64,000 nt of DNA from an uncultured Alphaproteobacteria bacterium (lineage in GTDB: Bacteria; Pseudomonadota; Alphaproteobacteria; Rhizobiales; Kaistiaceae): positions 71,364 through 135,363 of the forward strand of contig CAWAJQ010000003.1 in assembly GCA_963782395.1 (NCBI GenBank), given 5' to 3'. Positions 1 to 8,402 of this stretch are shown here, one piece after another (position 1 is the stretch's first letter; the number at the start of each line of letters is the position of its first letter). The position numbers and the translations under genes were made by a program. The notes under the pieces are model-generated. The model made no database searches. It was not told the DNA's origin and saw nothing but the letters and a program-made list of their open reading frames with translations.

Positions 1-82
1 CCGATCGCAAGGACCAGGCCAAACGCGCCTGAGGAGAGCCTTTCTATCTGTCAATCGATGCTGAGCATTTCGGTATTCCCCA

Positions 83-102
83 CCTCCCCCTTGTGGGGGA
101 GG
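83..102. repeat. REP-like hairpin CCTCCCCC-TTGT-GGGGGAGG between convergent gene ends
   Basis: 8-bp perfect stem with a 4-nt loop read in the sequence. It belongs to the same GGGGAG(A)GG motif family as the hairpins at 29963 and 40586. Confidence 0.6.
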
Positions 103-147
103 GGCAAAGGATGGGCATGTCACTGAACGTCGTTTGGGCCTTGCCTT

Positions 148-483
148 TCACACCGTGTCGAGAAAGGCGCGGCCGTGGCGATCCTCGACCGCGACCACCC
201 AGAGGTCGGAATCGAACCGCGCTTCGCGCTCGATGCGGGCGTTGACCTCGGCGATCGGCTCTCCTGCCGCCACCAGTTGGAACATGCGCTCGCTCGGCCG
301 CGATTCGGCGAAGCTCGCCTGCGGTGCCGGGGCGTAGAGGTCGGCGGTGCCGCTCAGCCTGTCGACGATGACGAAGATCGCGCCGGCCTCCTCGGCGCCG
401 TGCCGCGACACCGCGGCGAAAGCGCCTTCGGCGAAGCAGCGCCGCACATAGGCCCCGACCCATAGGGACGAGGTGACGCGCAT
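148..483 (-). CDS. DUF1491-family protein
   Basis: 111-aa ORF. The N-terminus MRVTSSLWVGAYVRRC and the overall pattern match what I recall of the DUF1491 proteins conserved in alphaproteobacteria. Confidence 0.7.
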   Translation of the reverse strand: MRVTSSLWVGAYVRRCFAEGAFAAVSRHGAEEAGAIFVIVDRLSGTADLYAPAPQASFAESRPSERMFQLVAAGEPIAEVNARIEREARFDSDLWVVAVEDRHGRAFLDTV

Positions 484-510
484 GGGCTGGCGGCCTTTCC
501 GGTTCCCGGC

Positions 511-1410
511 CTATTCCGCCTTCATGGCACCGATGCTGACCAGCCGCGCGACCACCTTTTCACTCAGCTCGCCGGTCACCGGCAGGCCGTTGTCGAGCTG
601 GAAGCGGCGCAAGGCGTCGCCGGTCGACTGGCTCACCTTGCCATCGACGGCCAATGGACCGTAGCCGATCATGTTGAGCGCCTCCTGCACCTTGCGCAGC
701 TGCTTGCCGAGCGTGATGGCAGCCTGCTCGCGCTCCAGTTCCTGAGCGCGGGCAACCGCGGCGGCGACCTGGTCGGCGCTGGCGGCCTCCTTGACCACCG
801 TGGGCACGGACGGCGCCGCCGGCGGGGCCGCTGTCACCGGCTTGCGCAGGGCGGCAAGAAGCTCGGGCGTCGCCTCGCCGGTGACCTTGATGCCGGCGGC
901 CGTCTGCCAGGTGGAGATCGCCGCTTTGGTGTGTGGTCCGGTGAAGCCGTCGATGGCATCGGTATAGATGCCGAGGCGGGCAAGCTCGCGCTGCACGGCG
1001 GCAACGAGTTCCCTGGCCGGATCGATCGGGGCTGGAACGGCCTGCGGGGCCGCGGCGACCTTCGGCGGCGGCGCGGGAATGGCGGCGGGCATCTCCTCGC
1101 GCGTGCGCGGCAGGGGCACGGCCGCAACGGACCGCGCCGGAGCCTGCGGGGCCGCGGCCGGACGGGTGGCGAAGAGCGGCTCCGGGTGGCGCCCGGCCTG
1201 CAGGAACAGGGCATTCGACATGATTGCCATGGCAGTGATGGCCATGACCATCAGGCCGCCGGACATCGCCGGATTCTCGAATGCCGTGTCGACGATGCGG
1301 GCAATCGCACTGTCGGCAGCGGCTTCGACTTCGGAGCGGCGGGGTCCGGCCGCGCGGCGACGGGCGGGTTTGCCGGGCACGTGTCTTCCTTTCGATGACT
1401 GGTCAGCCAC
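511..1410 (-). CDS. Peptidoglycan-binding domain protein (two PG_binding_1-like repeats, Pro/Ala-rich linker, N-terminal TM segment)
   Basis: 299-aa ORF. Motifs GIYTDAIDGFTGPHTKAAISTWQTAAGIKVTGEATPELLAAL and YGPLAVDGKVSQSTGDALRRFQLDNGLPVTGEL are typical PGRP-type binding repeats. Confidence 0.75.
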   Translation of the reverse strand: MADQSSKGRHVPGKPARRRAAGPRRSEVEAAADSAIARIVDTAFENPAMSGGLMVMAITAMAIMSNALFLQAGRHPEPLFATRPAAAPQAPARSVAAVPLPRTREEMPAAIPAPPPKVAAAPQAVPAPIDPARELVAAVQRELARLGIYTDAIDGFTGPHTKAAISTWQTAAGIKVTGEATPELLAALRKPVTAAPPAAPSVPTVVKEAASADQVAAAVARAQELEREQAAITLGKQLRKVQEALNMIGYGPLAVDGKVSQSTGDALRRFQLDNGLPVTGELSEKVVARLVSIGAMKAE

Positions 1411-1604
1411 AGGTCCAGAGACCAGTCTCGCAGGGCCGGCTTAAAGAACGCTAAACCATGATGCCGTCGCCAAGGCACCGGATTCCGGGCCGGATTCGCT
1501 AAAGTTTTAAGCGATTTGCCGTGGCCGATTGAACGCCACCTTCAACCGGGCGCGCTAGGGTGCAGCCTGAGGACGCCCGCAGACGACAAAGCGGATCGGA
1601 TGGC

Positions 1605-1952
1605 ATGATCAGGTTTCTTTTTCGCACGGCATTCTGGCTGGGAGTCGTTGTTCTGCTGCTCCCCGGCGACCCCAATTCGGGCACCGACGCACCGCGTGTT
1701 TCGGCGATGCAGGCGCTGGTGGCGACCCGCTCGGCCATCGCCGATTTCTCGACATTCTGCGATCGTAACCCCGACACCTGCGCCACCGGCAGCACCGCCG
1801 TTCAGGTATTCGCCTCCAAGGTGCGCTACGGCGCGGAGCTCCTCTCCGGCTATCTCAATCACAACCAGGACGCAGGCGACCACGGCACGCTGAAGGCCGA
1901 GGACCTTCGGCCGACCTGGCGCGGCCAGCCGGACAAGAGCGGCGCGGCCTAG
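1605..1952 (+). CDS. Small exported protein, DUF5330-like
   Basis: Internal ATG at 1605 gives MIRFLFRTAFWLGVVVLLLP, a signal/TM segment. The family name is from memory only. Confidence 0.5.
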   Translation: MIRFLFRTAFWLGVVVLLLPGDPNSGTDAPRVSAMQALVATRSAIADFSTFCDRNPDTCATGSTAVQVFASKVRYGAELLSGYLNHNQDAGDHGTLKAEDLRPTWRGQPDKSGAA

Positions 1953-2002
1953 CCCTTTCAACCACGGCACCCTCGACGGTGCCGAAGCCTCCTCCACCTG
2001 CC

Positions 2003-2046
2003 CCGCGAGTGGTTCACTTCCTCTGACCACTCGCGGTTTCCTTTTG
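2003..2046 (+). terminator. Rho-independent terminator
   Basis: 11-bp stem CCGCGAGTGGT / ACCACTCGCGG followed by TTTCCTTTT, immediately after the 1605-1952 gene. Confidence 0.7.
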
Positions 2047-2103
2047 TGGCGGGCGCGGCCCGGCGTTTGCCCTCGGCGCGCCCGGCGCCTATATCGCTCA
2101 CCC

Positions 2104-2535
2104 ATGACCATCGACCAGATCATCGACGACTTCGCGCTTCTCGACGATTGGGAAGATCGCTACCGCTACATCATCGAGCTCGGCAAGGCGCTCGACCCGC
2201 TGCCGGAGGCGGATCGCACCGAGGCCAACAGGGTGCGCGGCTGCGCCAGCCAGGTCTGGCTGGTCACCACCCGCGGCGAGGGCTCGGCGGCGAGCGGGGG
2301 CAAACCGGTGTTGCATTTCGCAGGCGACAGCGACGCGCTCATCGTGCGTGGGCTGGTTGCCATCGCCATCACCCTTTTCGACGGCAAGCCGCCGGCGGAG
2401 GTCGTTGCGACCGACGCCGACGGCCTGTTCGACAGGCTCGGCCTCAAGGCGCATCTGACCGCGCAGCGCTCGAACGGGCTGCGCGCCCTTATCGACCGCA
2501 TCAAGAAGGACGCACGGGCGCTGGCCCCGGCCTAG
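2104..2535 (+). CDS. sufE: SufE-family cysteine desulfuration (sulfur acceptor) protein
   Basis: Start at MTIDQIIDDFALLDDWEDRYRYIIELG, with the RVRGCASQVWL active-site Cys motif. Confidence 0.85.
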   Translation: MTIDQIIDDFALLDDWEDRYRYIIELGKALDPLPEADRTEANRVRGCASQVWLVTTRGEGSAASGGKPVLHFAGDSDALIVRGLVAIAITLFDGKPPAEVVATDADGLFDRLGLKAHLTAQRSNGLRALIDRIKKDARALAPA

Positions 2536-2541
2536 CCTCAT

Positions 2542-3366
2542 TCAATCGATCTCGGGCCGGTAGCCCTCGGCGCCCCAATGGCGCAGCGGCGCGGCGCCCG
2601 GTCCGCGTGCTCTTGTCGACAGTCCATAGTGGCGGGCAAGCGCGGCAAGGGTCAGTCGCACAACCACCTTGGCAGAGCGCGCCGGCCATTGACGCTCGGC
2701 CTCGACCTGCTCCAGTCCTTTCAGGAAGCAGCAGAAGTCCACGGCAAGGTTGGCCATTTCCGGCTCCAGCGACGCGAGTGCGGCTTCGACCCGCTTGCGT
2801 GCGGCGAGCGCCAATTCGGTGAGGTCGGCGATGCCGTTCTCGCCCGACCGGCGCTTGCTCGCGACGGCCGCCATCCAGTTCGCGGTGACGCGCGGCATCA
2901 GTTGCGCCCGCTCATAGTCGGAGCGCAGTCTTTCGCCGGCGGCGAACTCGCTGGCGTCGATCAACGGCCGACCGTTGGCGTCCTTGCGGCGGCGAAGCCA
3001 GGCAAGCGGACTTTCGTCGTGATTGACGGTGAGCCGTCGCCGGCCGAAGGCCGGGTCGTCGAGCATGATCGGCCCGCGGTCCTGGTGCTGTTCGGCATAG
3101 CCGTCGCTTCCTACCGCCAGACGGCGGCGCACCGCCGCTGTCCCGGCCGGGGAAATGCCCATCTCGCCGTCGTTGCCGACAATGATGAGGCCGCGCCCGA
3201 TCAGCACGGAGACCAGCCCGGCATCGACCGCCTCTTCGCGCACCGCCGATCCGTCCCGCCTGACGATGAGTGCGAAACGACGCTCTGCCTGGCGGACCAG
3301 CCAGCCGTCGCGCCTGGTCAGGCGGCCAAGCAGGCGCAAAGCCTTTTCATCGCTTTCGGCGGTCAT
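2542..3366 (-). CDS. Conserved hypothetical protein (DUF6456-like), translationally coupled to the upstream DnaA-C-like HTH gene
   Basis: 274-aa ORF with an ATGA start/stop overlap at 3363-3366. The family name is recalled, not verified. Confidence 0.5.
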   Translation of the reverse strand: MTAESDEKALRLLGRLTRRDGWLVRQAERRFALIVRRDGSAVREEAVDAGLVSVLIGRGLIIVGNDGEMGISPAGTAAVRRRLAVGSDGYAEQHQDRGPIMLDDPAFGRRRLTVNHDESPLAWLRRRKDANGRPLIDASEFAAGERLRSDYERAQLMPRVTANWMAAVASKRRSGENGIADLTELALAARKRVEAALASLEPEMANLAVDFCCFLKGLEQVEAERQWPARSAKVVVRLTLAALARHYGLSTRARGPGAAPLRHWGAEGYRPEID

Positions 3367-3764
3367 GCGCGGTCACCGCATGTGCAATCGGCCTGCCGCC
3401 GTACGTCGATCGCCCGTTCCAGGCAGTCGAGCAGCAAATCGAGCGAGGACTCCTCGCGGCGCTCCTCGATCACCCGGCAGGCGTGGGCGGCCGTCGTGCG
3501 GTCGCGGCCGAAGAAGCGGCCGGCGGCCGAGTAGCTGAGCCCCAACCTGACGCGGGACAGGTAAATCGCAACCTGGCGCGCAAAGGCGACTTGCGCCTCG
3601 CCGCGGCCCGGCGCGTGCAGAGCCGAGTGCGCCACGCCGAAGGCCGATTCGACCAACGCCTCGACGAATCCGGTCATCGATACGGCGTCCTGCCGCCCGA
3701 TCGCCGATTGGTTTTCGTTCCCGTCGGATCCCACCTGCAAAGTCATCGAATGCTCCACCTGCAA
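3363..3764 (-). CDS. Small helix-turn-helix protein resembling the DnaA C-terminal DNA-binding domain
   Basis: Motif ARQVAIYLSRVRLGLSYSAAGRFFGRDRTTAAHACRVIEE resembles DnaA domain IV. The true start may be the ATG at 3746 (MTLQ...). Confidence 0.6.
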   Translation of the reverse strand: MQVEHSMTLQVGSDGNENQSAIGRQDAVSMTGFVEALVESAFGVAHSALHAPGRGEAQVAFARQVAIYLSRVRLGLSYSAAGRFFGRDRTTAAHACRVIEERREESSLDLLLDCLERAIDVRRQADCTCGDRA

Positions 3765-3852
3765 CCTGTCATAGGAATAAATTCATAATAATGTCCTTGA
3801 CACCACAAGCCGCAACCCCTAGATTAAGGCCAAGAAACGAGGGGATTGCGCC

Positions 3853-4848
3853 ATGGCCGATGTTCTTTCAGCCCGCCACTTTCACGACGACATCGCCGCC
3901 TGTGAGTTCTTCGAGGAAATCCGTTGGGCGAACGGTCGCTCCTGCCCCCACTGCGGCACGATCGATCATTCCTACGTCACCGGCCGCCGCCAGCGTTGCG
4001 GCGCCATGGTCTATCGCTGCGGCTCACCTGAGTGCCGCAAGGATTTCACCGTCACGACTGAAAGCGTGATGGGGTCCAGCCATATCCCGCTGCACAAATG
4101 GGCGCAGGGCTTCTACCAGATGTGCGCTTCCAAGAAGGGCGTTAGCGCGCACCAGCTCCACCGCTCGCTCGGTATTGGCTACAAGGCCGCGTGGTTCATG
4201 GAGCATCGCATTCGCGAGGCGATGCGGGCCGGCGAGCTTGACCTTGCCACCCCGATGGGCGGCTCTGGCATGGTCGTGGAGGCCGATGAGACCTATTACG
4301 GTCAGATTGACCGGGACAAGCGCCGCACCACGCGCACGACCGGCGAGCCCTTCCTAAAGCCCGAGAGCAAGCGCAAGCGCCGTGGCGGCCCTGCCAACAA
4401 GCGCCCTATCGTCGCCCTGGTGGAGCGCGGCGGCTCGGTGCGGTCGTTCCATGTGCCGGTTGCCGACAAGGAGAATGTGACCAAGATCGTGGCCGACAAC
4501 ATCGCCCGCGAGGCGATCCTGTACACCGACAAGTCACGCCTCTATGGCGACACCGACCAGCTTTTCGCGGATCACGCCACGGTCAAGCATTCTGCTGGTG
4601 AGTACGTCCGCTATGAGCCGGGCCGCACCGTCCACACGAATACGGTGGAAAACGTGTTCTCAGTGTTCAAGCGCGGGATGCGCGGCGTCTACCAGCACTG
4701 CGGCGAGAAGCATCTGCATCGCTACCTCGCCGAGTTCGATTTCCGCTACAACCGCCGCACCGCTCTCGGCATTGGCGACATCGAGCGCACCCACGACGCG
4801 ATCAAAGGCGGCGCTGGCAAGCGCCTCACCTACCGGCAACCTGACTAA
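3853..4848 (+). CDS. IS1595-family transposase (N-terminal zinc ribbon plus ISXO2-like DDE domain)
   Basis: 331 aa. CPHCG...YRCGSPECRKDFTVTT zinc ribbon, then HKWAQGFYQMCASKKGVSAHQLHRSLGIGYKAAWFMEHRIREAM, typical of the family. GAGGGGA RBS. Confidence 0.85.
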   Translation: MADVLSARHFHDDIAACEFFEEIRWANGRSCPHCGTIDHSYVTGRRQRCGAMVYRCGSPECRKDFTVTTESVMGSSHIPLHKWAQGFYQMCASKKGVSAHQLHRSLGIGYKAAWFMEHRIREAMRAGELDLATPMGGSGMVVEADETYYGQIDRDKRRTTRTTGEPFLKPESKRKRRGGPANKRPIVALVERGGSVRSFHVPVADKENVTKIVADNIAREAILYTDKSRLYGDTDQLFADHATVKHSAGEYVRYEPGRTVHTNTVENVFSVFKRGMRGVYQHCGEKHLHRYLAEFDFRYNRRTALGIGDIERTHDAIKGGAGKRLTYRQPD

Positions 4849-4974
4849 GCCAACATTCAAATTCAAGGCCGCGCGGTTCGTCCGCTGGCGCAAGAAGCAC
4901 AAGAAGGGTCGGGCATGACGCCCGGCCCTTCCGCGTCTATCCTAGGTGGTGCCAACCAGTCCTAGGAGAAACCA

Positions 4975-5169
4975 ATGGCCGATCAACCGATGACAGCCGA
5001 CCACGCCTATATGATTGTCGCTTCAAATCTCGCGGCAGGCGTCGCCGCGAATGATCGGGAGCAGAGCTGGACTGCGCGGACGATCTACAACGAGTACGTC
5101 CGAATCTACATGCGGGTCACGCGCGAAGGTGTGAACCCGAATCCTGTAGAGGACGGTGACCCATTTTAG
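4975..5169 (+). CDS. Hypothetical 64-aa protein (passenger)
   Basis: Strong RBS AGGAGAAACCA-ATG. No recognisable motif. Confidence 0.4.
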   Translation: MADQPMTADHAYMIVASNLAAGVAANDREQSWTARTIYNEYVRIYMRVTREGVNPNPVEDGDPF

Positions 5170-5311
5170 AGAAATACGCGGCGTTATCCGCCTCGCGTCG
5201 TGCGGCCTTCCGATTTCCGCGCCAACGCTCATATGAAAGTTGGCCGACGATCAAGACGACTCCAGCCGCGAGAACGCCGAAGAAAACAACGAAAAAATCG
5301 CTCATGGTCAT
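5117..5311 (-). CDS. Small single-pass membrane protein (passenger)
   Basis: 64 aa with FFVVFFGVLAAGVVLIVGQL as the TM segment. ATGA overlap with the upstream 5308-5502 ORF. Its 3' end overlaps the 4975-5169 ORF convergently, so the two may not both be real. Confidence 0.4.
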   Translation of the reverse strand: MTMSDFFVVFFGVLAAGVVLIVGQLSYERWRGNRKAARREADNAAYFSKMGHRPLQDSGSHLRA

Positions 5312-5502
5312 GGCTTCCGATCAAGATCGATCGCTATGCGGCAACCGTCGGATGCGCAAAAGCGGACCTGTCCTGTGAGGCGATCCACGACGTATACGAA
5401 GCCACCTGCCGTTACCGTCGTGTACCTGCCAGCAACTACGAGAGCTGCGATTAGCAGAAACAGACCGGCGAACAAGATCGCAATGGGCGTGAATCGCTTC
5501 AT
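5308..5502 (-). CDS. Small single-pass membrane protein (passenger)
   Basis: 64 aa with IAILFAGLFLLIAALVVAG as the TM segment, then a Cys pair (CASDGC). Confidence 0.45.
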   Translation of the reverse strand: MKRFTPIAILFAGLFLLIAALVVAGRYTTVTAGGFVYVVDRLTGQVRFCASDGCRIAIDLDRKP

Positions 5503-5697
5503 CTCTTCACGTCGAAGCTATCGACGGTCATTGCCCTTCTCTTGTTGTTTTTTCGATTGTGACGGCAAACCCTTCCGCATAGCCTTTGCTGGCTTGTGAG
5601 GGGCTTTGAAGGCGCCCTTCAGGGCTTTGTGGAAGCGCTCTTGCGCTTCGTTGTCGCCGTATTTTTCCGATTCGGACCGTTTCATCGGGGATCTCCT

Positions 5698-6495
5698 ATG
5701 GCAAGACCACAGCGATTTTGCATCTTCTGTGGCGGCTCAAGGCTTTCTCGCGAGCATATATGGCCTGATTGGCTGCGAAACTATGTACCGCGCGATATGA
5801 CGAGTCATACACAAGGCCACGCGGTTATCGGCAAGCTAGGCACGACAACTAAGGCCAAGACCCTTTCAGGCGACCCTCGCAGCAGAAGGCTTCGCGTCGT
5901 TTGCGAAAGTTGCAACAACGGCTGGATGAGCCAACTTCAGGAACGGATCAAACCGATTTTGGTTCCTCTCCTAAAGGGCGAGTCTGTCCGCTTGCGACGC
6001 AGCGCTCAAATCGCATTGGCAACGTGGTCCACAATGTTTGCGATGGTGGCCGAATACGTCTTCCCCGACTCGGTCGTTAGCCCGCCGCGTGAACTTCGAT
6101 TGTTCAAGGACAACCAACATCCGTTGGATAACTGGCAATTCTGGATCGGAAGATATGTCCGCGGAAGATGGGTACCCCATGCAGTACGAAATTTATTGGC
6201 TTTCATCCCCGCCAAACAGTTCACTCAGCGAGAACGAGAAGGACTTATACCGTTCAACACGCAAGAGCTGACCTTCACCGTCGGCCAACTCTACATCAGG
6301 GCCTTCAGTAGCAGCCTTCCACGAATCAAGAAGCCATGGGTAATCCCGAAGGAGTGCGGGGATGCCATGGTCCGCATTTGGCCCCTTGACGCCGACAAGG
6401 TTCGCTGGCCGCCGTCGCGGACGCTTGACGACCGGGAGGCCGAGATCGTCGCCAATTGGACGCTCAATCTTTCGCGCCACATTACTGGCCTTTGA
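5698..6495 (+). CDS. HNH/zinc-ribbon-like protein with an uncharacterised C-terminal domain (passenger)
   Basis: Starts MARPQRFCIFCGGSRLSREHIWPDWL and continues to VVCESCNNGWMS, giving CxxC ... EH ... CxxCN as in beta-beta-alpha-Me/HNH nucleases. About 170 aa of C-terminus are unassigned. GC is lower than the flanks. Confidence 0.55.
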   Translation: MARPQRFCIFCGGSRLSREHIWPDWLRNYVPRDMTSHTQGHAVIGKLGTTTKAKTLSGDPRSRRLRVVCESCNNGWMSQLQERIKPILVPLLKGESVRLRRSAQIALATWSTMFAMVAEYVFPDSVVSPPRELRLFKDNQHPLDNWQFWIGRYVRGRWVPHAVRNLLAFIPAKQFTQREREGLIPFNTQELTFTVGQLYIRAFSSSLPRIKKPWVIPKECGDAMVRIWPLDADKVRWPPSRTLDDREAEIVANWTLNLSRHITGL

Positions 6496-6712
6496 GATCG
6501 TATCCATAGGTCCAACGAACGTGCGCACAACCGATCTGTCAAATCACGCCTAAAACGGACGAGATTTCAATATGTTGTATCATGTGGTGCGAAAGACATA
6601 ATTAGGAATAAATTCCTGGCACAGTCTATGCGCGTTTGCGTCGGCGGGGATAGAGGTGGGTCCGCTTTTTGAGACAGCTTGGCGGCTTGGCTAAGGTGGA
6701 TTCTGGGTGTGA

Positions 6713-7549
6713 CTACGCCGCCAGTTTCTCCTGCTTGCTGTCGATAGCATAGACCTCGTCGGGGGTCCTGCCGCCGAACGAAGAGTGTGGGCGCGAGGTG
6801 TTGTAATAGCCGATCCAGCGACCGATCCCGCTCGTGGCCTCGCTGCCGGTCTCGAAGGCATTGAGGAAGACGCACTCGTATTTGAGGGATCGCCACAGCC
6901 GCTCGATGAAGACGTTGTCCATCCAGCGCCCGCGCCCGTCCATGGAGATGCGGATACCAGCGTCCTTGAGCGTGTTGGTGAAGGCGAAGCTGGTGAACTG
7001 CGAGCCCTGATCGCTGTTGAAGATGTCAGGTCTGCCGTAGCGGGCAATCGCTTCCTCGAGCGCTGCGACGCAGAAGTCAGCCTCCATCGTGTTCGACAGC
7101 CGCCAGGCCAGGACCTTGCGGCTCGCCCAGTCCATGATGGCAACGAGGTAGAGAAAGCCGCGCTGCATCGGGATGTAAGTCACGTCGGCGCACCAGACCT
7201 GATCAGGCCGCTCGATCGTCATGTGCCGCAGCAGGTACGGGTAGATCTTGTGCCGCGGGTGCGGCGCGCTGGTCTTCGGTGCCTGATAGATCGGCGAGAG
7301 CCCGATCTTGCGCATCAGACGCCGTACCCGCTTGCGGCCGACGCACCAGCCGAGCCGCCGCAGGTGGCGGGCCATCTGGCGGGCGCCGTAGAACGGGCAC
7401 TCCAGGAACGCCTCGTCGATGAGCCGCATGAGTTCGAGGTTCTCCGGGCTCTCGCCGGCCGGCTGACGATAGAACGAGGCCCGCGAGATCGACACCAGTT
7501 CGCACTGGCGGACAATGGAGAGCCGTGGGTGATCGGGGTCGATCATCAT
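6713..7549 (-). CDS. IS3-family transposase OrfB (rve integrase core, DDE)
   Basis: 278 aa. WCADVTYI...SDQGSQFTS...NVFIERLWRSLKYE are classic IS3 DDE motifs. Confidence 0.9.
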   Translation of the reverse strand: MMIDPDHPRLSIVRQCELVSISRASFYRQPAGESPENLELMRLIDEAFLECPFYGARQMARHLRRLGWCVGRKRVRRLMRKIGLSPIYQAPKTSAPHPRHKIYPYLLRHMTIERPDQVWCADVTYIPMQRGFLYLVAIMDWASRKVLAWRLSNTMEADFCVAALEEAIARYGRPDIFNSDQGSQFTSFAFTNTLKDAGIRISMDGRGRWMDNVFIERLWRSLKYECVFLNAFETGSEATSGIGRWIGYYNTSRPHSSFGGRTPDEVYAIDSKQEKLAA

Positions 7550-7566
7550 CTTCCTCCGATCCAGGC

Positions 7567-7848
7567 TCAGCGATCGAAGGCTTTGGCCAAAAAATCGCGC
7601 TCCACAACAAGCTGGCCGATCTTGGCATGGAGCTTTGTCATCTCGGCGTCGCGGTGCGCCTGAACCTCAAAGCCCTTGTCGTCGAAGACCTTTGCCAGCT
7701 TCTCGATGGCCTGTCGCTTCCACTGCGTAATCAGGTTCGGGTGAAGCTCGTGCCGTGTTGCCAGCTCGGCGATCGTCCGCTGGCCCTGGATCGCCTCAAG
7801 CGCGACCTTCGCCTTGAACTCGGCCGTGAACCGTCTGCGTGTCTTCAT
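7567..7848 (-). CDS. IS3-family transposase OrfA (HTH)
   Basis: 93 aa. MKTRRRFTAEFKAKVALEAIQGQRTIAELATRHELHPNLITQWKRQ. Confidence 0.9.
   Translation of the reverse strand: MKTRRRFTAEFKAKVALEAIQGQRTIAELATRHELHPNLITQWKRQAIEKLAKVFDDKGFEVQAHRDAEMTKLHAKIGQLVVERDFLAKAFDR
7588..7594 (-). promoter_or_regulatory. Candidate -1 programmed ribosomal frameshift heptamer T TTT TTG
   Basis: The heptamer lies in the orfA zero frame (gaT TTT TTG). After a -1 slip the reading continues ...FFGQSLRSLSLDRRKMMIDP, which joins the orfB frame. Confidence 0.6.
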
Positions 7849-8018
7849 GGTGGATCGTCCTTCTCGTCATCGAATCCTCCTTAACCACCTGTCTCACAAA
7901 CCGGGACCAGCTCTGATAACTTTCGCTGCCTTTTCGGGGGCGGGGATTGGCGGCCGACTTATCCCCGCTTCCGCCGGCAGGGAGACACTTGCCTCAACGC
8001 AAAAGCGGAGGCACGTCG

Positions 8019-8381
8019 ATGAAGGCAAGCGAACGGGAAGAGCTGGCGGGACTGCTGCCCCGCGCGGCGGCCTCAATCGAGGCGGTGACCGCGGCCGGCG
8101 TCGAGGCCTATGTGCGTCAGCGCCATCTGCCGCGCGTCTTGCCGGTCGGCGCGGACGAGGTCGCTGACGAGAGCAGCGCCGGGCGACGGGGAATCGTTGC
8201 CCGCCTGGCGCGAGCGCTGCGTGCCGAGCGCAGCCGCGGCCGCGCTGGCCACTGGACCTATGATCTCAACCGGCACATTGCATTGCGCCAGGCCTATCTG
8301 GCGGAACGTCGATGGCTCGACGACCGTGTGCCTCGTCTCATCAAACGCAAAGCCGCCGGGAGTGGCGCTCCCGACGGCTGA
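8019..8381 (+). CDS. Conserved hypothetical cytoplasmic protein
   Basis: ATG at 8019 (MKASEREELAG...). The HWTYDLNRHIALRQAYL motif seems familiar from Rhizobiales hypothetical proteins, but I cannot assign a family. Confidence 0.45.
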   Translation: MKASEREELAGLLPRAAASIEAVTAAGVEAYVRQRHLPRVLPVGADEVADESSAGRRGIVARLARALRAERSRGRAGHWTYDLNRHIALRQAYLAERRWLDDRVPRLIKRKAAGSGAPDG

Positions 8382-8402
8382 TCTCACCCAACCGGATTGC
8401 GG

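Larger units (their letters stand above)
3773..6617 (+). mobile_element. IS1595-family element carrying passenger genes (about 2.85 kb)
   Basis: Terminal inverted repeats are AGGAATAAATTCATAATAATGTC (3773-3795) and the reverse complement of 6595-6617, AGGAATTTATTCCTAATTATGTC, matching at 19 of 23 positions. They enclose the IS1595 transposase and a lower-GC cargo. No target-site duplication was found. Confidence 0.65.
6670..7896 (-). mobile_element. IS3-family insertion sequence (about 1.23 kb)
   Basis: The ends share TGAGACAG and then GG(C/T)TAAGG(T/A)GGATTC as imperfect inverted repeats. orfA and orfB sit in 0/-1 frames with a slippery site. No clear direct repeats. Confidence 0.8.

Noticed and set aside
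1-32. The 3' end of a plus-strand ORF running off the left edge (…DRKDQAKRA*).
   Set aside because: Only ~10 codons are visible, so it cannot be identified or even confirmed as coding.
5596-5697. N-terminal extension of the HNH-like ORF, starting at 5596.
   Set aside because: The extension (MRGFEGALQGFVEALLRFVVAVFF...) has no RBS and looks non-coding. The ATG at 5698 has a GGGGA RBS and starts directly at the CxxC motif.
3758-6632. Target-site duplication flanking the IS1595-family element.
   Set aside because: The 8 bp outside either plausible end (CCTGTCAT versus GGCACAGT, and the alternatives) do not match, so no TSD can be claimed.
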